Below are positions 61,700-64,000 of a stretch of DNA of 64,000 nucleotides, in pieces. Source of the stretch: Amoebophrya sp. A120 (taxonomy: Eukaryota; Protista; Dinoflagellata). The notes below the pieces were generated by a model that was not told where the DNA came from, ran no database searches, and worked only from the letters and a program-made list of their open reading frames with translations. The stretch lies in NCBI GenBank assembly GCA_905178155.1, contig CAJINV010000001.1, positions 7,323,794 to 7,387,793 of the forward strand, written 5' to 3'. Within the stretch, counting starts at the first letter, position 1. Each line of letters begins with the position of its first letter. A program made the translations under genes and the position numbers.

Positions 61700-63621
61700 G
61701 GTACGTACTAGAAGTAAGTGCCTGGATCACGAAAAAACGCGGATCCTAAGGAACATAGCTGCACTAACCTTCCCCTTTGCTCTCGCCCTCAGTACAATCA
61801 GTGCGCAGCGCGGAGAAGAGAGAAGTCCTACGGGAGCCTAATCGGTGTTAAAAACGCGTGGAAAAAAAGAAGCATCCTCGCCTCTGTCCCTGAGAAAACA
61901 GAAAAATATAAATTTCGGGAAACCATATTCATGACCAGGCTCAACAAGAATCATGGGCGACCAACATACAAAAAACGTCATTGTCGCTCAGTCTCTTGCA
62001 CTCCTGTCTCCACCCTTGAGAGGACGAAAGACAAACAATACGATCGCGCCCTCACGACAGCAAACCGATGTAGAGTTGACGACCCACTGGTAGCTGCACA
62101 AGGAGCAACTGTCCATCTTTATCCGTACCCGACGACCCACAACCACACTTCAAGAACAAGGCCAAAGCAGAGCAAGAACCAGCTGCGCGTGTTGTAAAAA
62201 TGGTCGAGAATGATCTCTTCGACGTCGACCCAAAAGTAACCGGCCTTTATTTGGAGTTGTAAAACAAAATAAATGAAATCGTAGCTCGCTCTGACCTTTG
62301 CAGTACCATTTTCGCGTTGCAAGCAACCTTGGTTCTTTTGCGGCGTCGCACGAACAGACCTCACGTCCGTGCTTGAAAGTTGAAGTTCGGGATCGAGTTA
62401 CGTCCCACGCCGTCGAGTACGAGTACGATTACCATTACGAATGCGATTACTTAATGTTAAAACTTAAAGTTAAACTAGTCGAAGTACTAAATAATAAATC
62501 ATTCATCGTTTGATTGTAATACTGATGTGATGCTTCTTTTTCCTGTGCTTGCTCTGTATCATGCACACACCATCTCGATGACAGATTCCACATTGTAGAA
62601 AAAAGAGTGCGAGATTCCGTTGTATTTGCAGACCATATAACAAACAGGAAGAGATAAAATTAATACGAGAATGCTGAGTAACGGAAGAGAATAATGTAGC
62701 TGAAAAGTGTAAGCAAACAAAATAAATTGCGTATAATGCGTCCTGAATTTTTGACGTGCTAAACTACAGAGATGATGAGAAAACAAGCAAAACGAACTTC
62801 AACTTTTTGTTACTTGTAAGTTGACGCGAACATAAAAATTGTATGTGAAAAAACAAAAATGCTGCAAAATTTTACAGGACGTCACTCCCCTACATGCTAG
62901 TGGCGTTTTGCGGCAATAGACTAGTACTTTGACTTTCGTGATAGGATTGCCCTATCCTTCTGCTTGAATGCATCACATAAAATGTGCGAGATGAAAGCCA
63001 GAACTGCAACTACCAATTGATTCAAAAGCAGATGACAATGAAAACGATACACATGTCTCCTCGTAGTCGTCGGGTCTCGAAGACCCAAAGAAGAGTTCAG
63101 CTCCACTGCTTCGTTGGGTGTGCAGGATAAAAAACACTTTCACCATCACTCTTTCGCAATTCTGTTTCGGAGCAGGCTTATTTCTGCCGTGCAAGGAACG
63201 CAGTGAGAGCCATGAAAACTGTTCAATTCATGCATTTTTTTGCATGCATCATGGTACGAAAGGATGGTGCTAGTAGTATAATGGCTTTTTTTGTTGGTTA
63301 CCCTGAGCGCCCCACTTAGTCCGTATTAAGCCCATTCTGCTCCATCTCTCATCCAACGCAAAAACACCTCCGCACTACTAATCAAGATGGCATCCTCGGC
63401 CCCTGCGAAACGTGTTCGCCGCGGCGGAGCTCAAGTAATGTGCCGAACGATGAGCAGAGACACTGTCATGCTAGCTCATATCTTAGTGATTGCGATAATT
63501 CCTTCTATTTCTACTGTATCTGGTGCAAACAATTAGTCCGGGATTTTTCACATTGTAGTTCATACGCAAAAATACAAATAGCATCAGTAGCTCGAAGCGT
63601 GCTGTGCTGCAGAAGCAAGCA

Positions 63622-64000
63622 CTATTGGGGTCTCCTCTTGATTAGGAAGCGCAGTGTTTTTCCGATGGATACGTCCGCCTGCCCACCCTGTAATTGCGCG
63701 TTACTTTGTCTCGCAGAAGCACAAGAAACCGAGTCCTCCCCGTCCCCGCCCTCCATGGCCGAAAACAGACCCGTGGCCGCCCGCACATCCGGATCCGCGC
63801 GCCTCAAATTGTCGTATTGTTGTTGCTGTGCCGGCGTGCAGTCCCCGGGCAACGTATTCGCGCCGTTCCGGATGCCAGGGCCCCGCACCGGAGCGGACAT
63901 GGACCGAGGCAAGGCTGCAGGCGGGGTCGCCGCCGGCAGAGCTGCGTCATCGCGGTCCGCCGCTTCCCCGTCCATCGGTTCGCCCCCCGCAGCAGCCGCG
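63622..64000 (-). CDS. Probable 3' end of a gene beginning beyond the window
   Basis: Coding-like minus-strand ORF near the window edge, on the same strand as all other genes. Confidence 0.4.
   Translation of the reverse strand, partial: AAAAGGEPMDGEAADRDDAALPAATPPAALPRSMSAPVRGPGIRNGANTLPGDCTPAQQQQYDNLRRADPDVRAATGLFSAMEGGDGEDSVSCASARQSNAQLQGGQADVSIGKTLRFLIKRRPQ

Noticed and set aside
62413-62450. Degenerate 6-bp tandem repeat (GAGTAC/GATTAC)
   Set aside because: Short, ordinary simple repeat.

Overview
Eukaryotic, intron-containing genomic DNA. Architecture suggests (inference) a syndinian dinoflagellate of the Amoebophrya type, most like strain A120. About 15 protein genes, all on the minus strand: Cid1/TUTase-type nucleotidyltransferase, tandem MATH-domain protein, class-V PLP aminotransferase, RING-H2 protein, Erv/ALR-like protein, 3xKH RNA-binding protein, Sec24-like, CFAP100-like, BT1 transporter and several hypothetical coiled-coil proteins. 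Two intron classes coexist: ordinary GT-AG introns and 12 introner elements (150-285 bp, 5 families). The introners have TAT-N7-AAA terminal inverted repeats and 5-bp direct repeats; removing each with one repeat restores the host ORF, but none has a GT-AG register. They occur in both orientations, share an internal GCAT[CGT]A[CG]A motif, and 8 of 12 sit in pairs 49-71 bp apart. The most unusual signal is three intergenic islands of about 73-85% GC (hand-counted lines) in about 40% GC intergenic DNA. Each still shows ghost motifs of a different DNA transposase (piggyBac-like, Tc1/mariner with a TA-CAGTG end, Merlin/ISXO2-like). This suggests a repeat-targeted AT-to-GC hypermutation defence, a mirror image of fungal RIP. 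All protein family calls are by eye; no searches were run.
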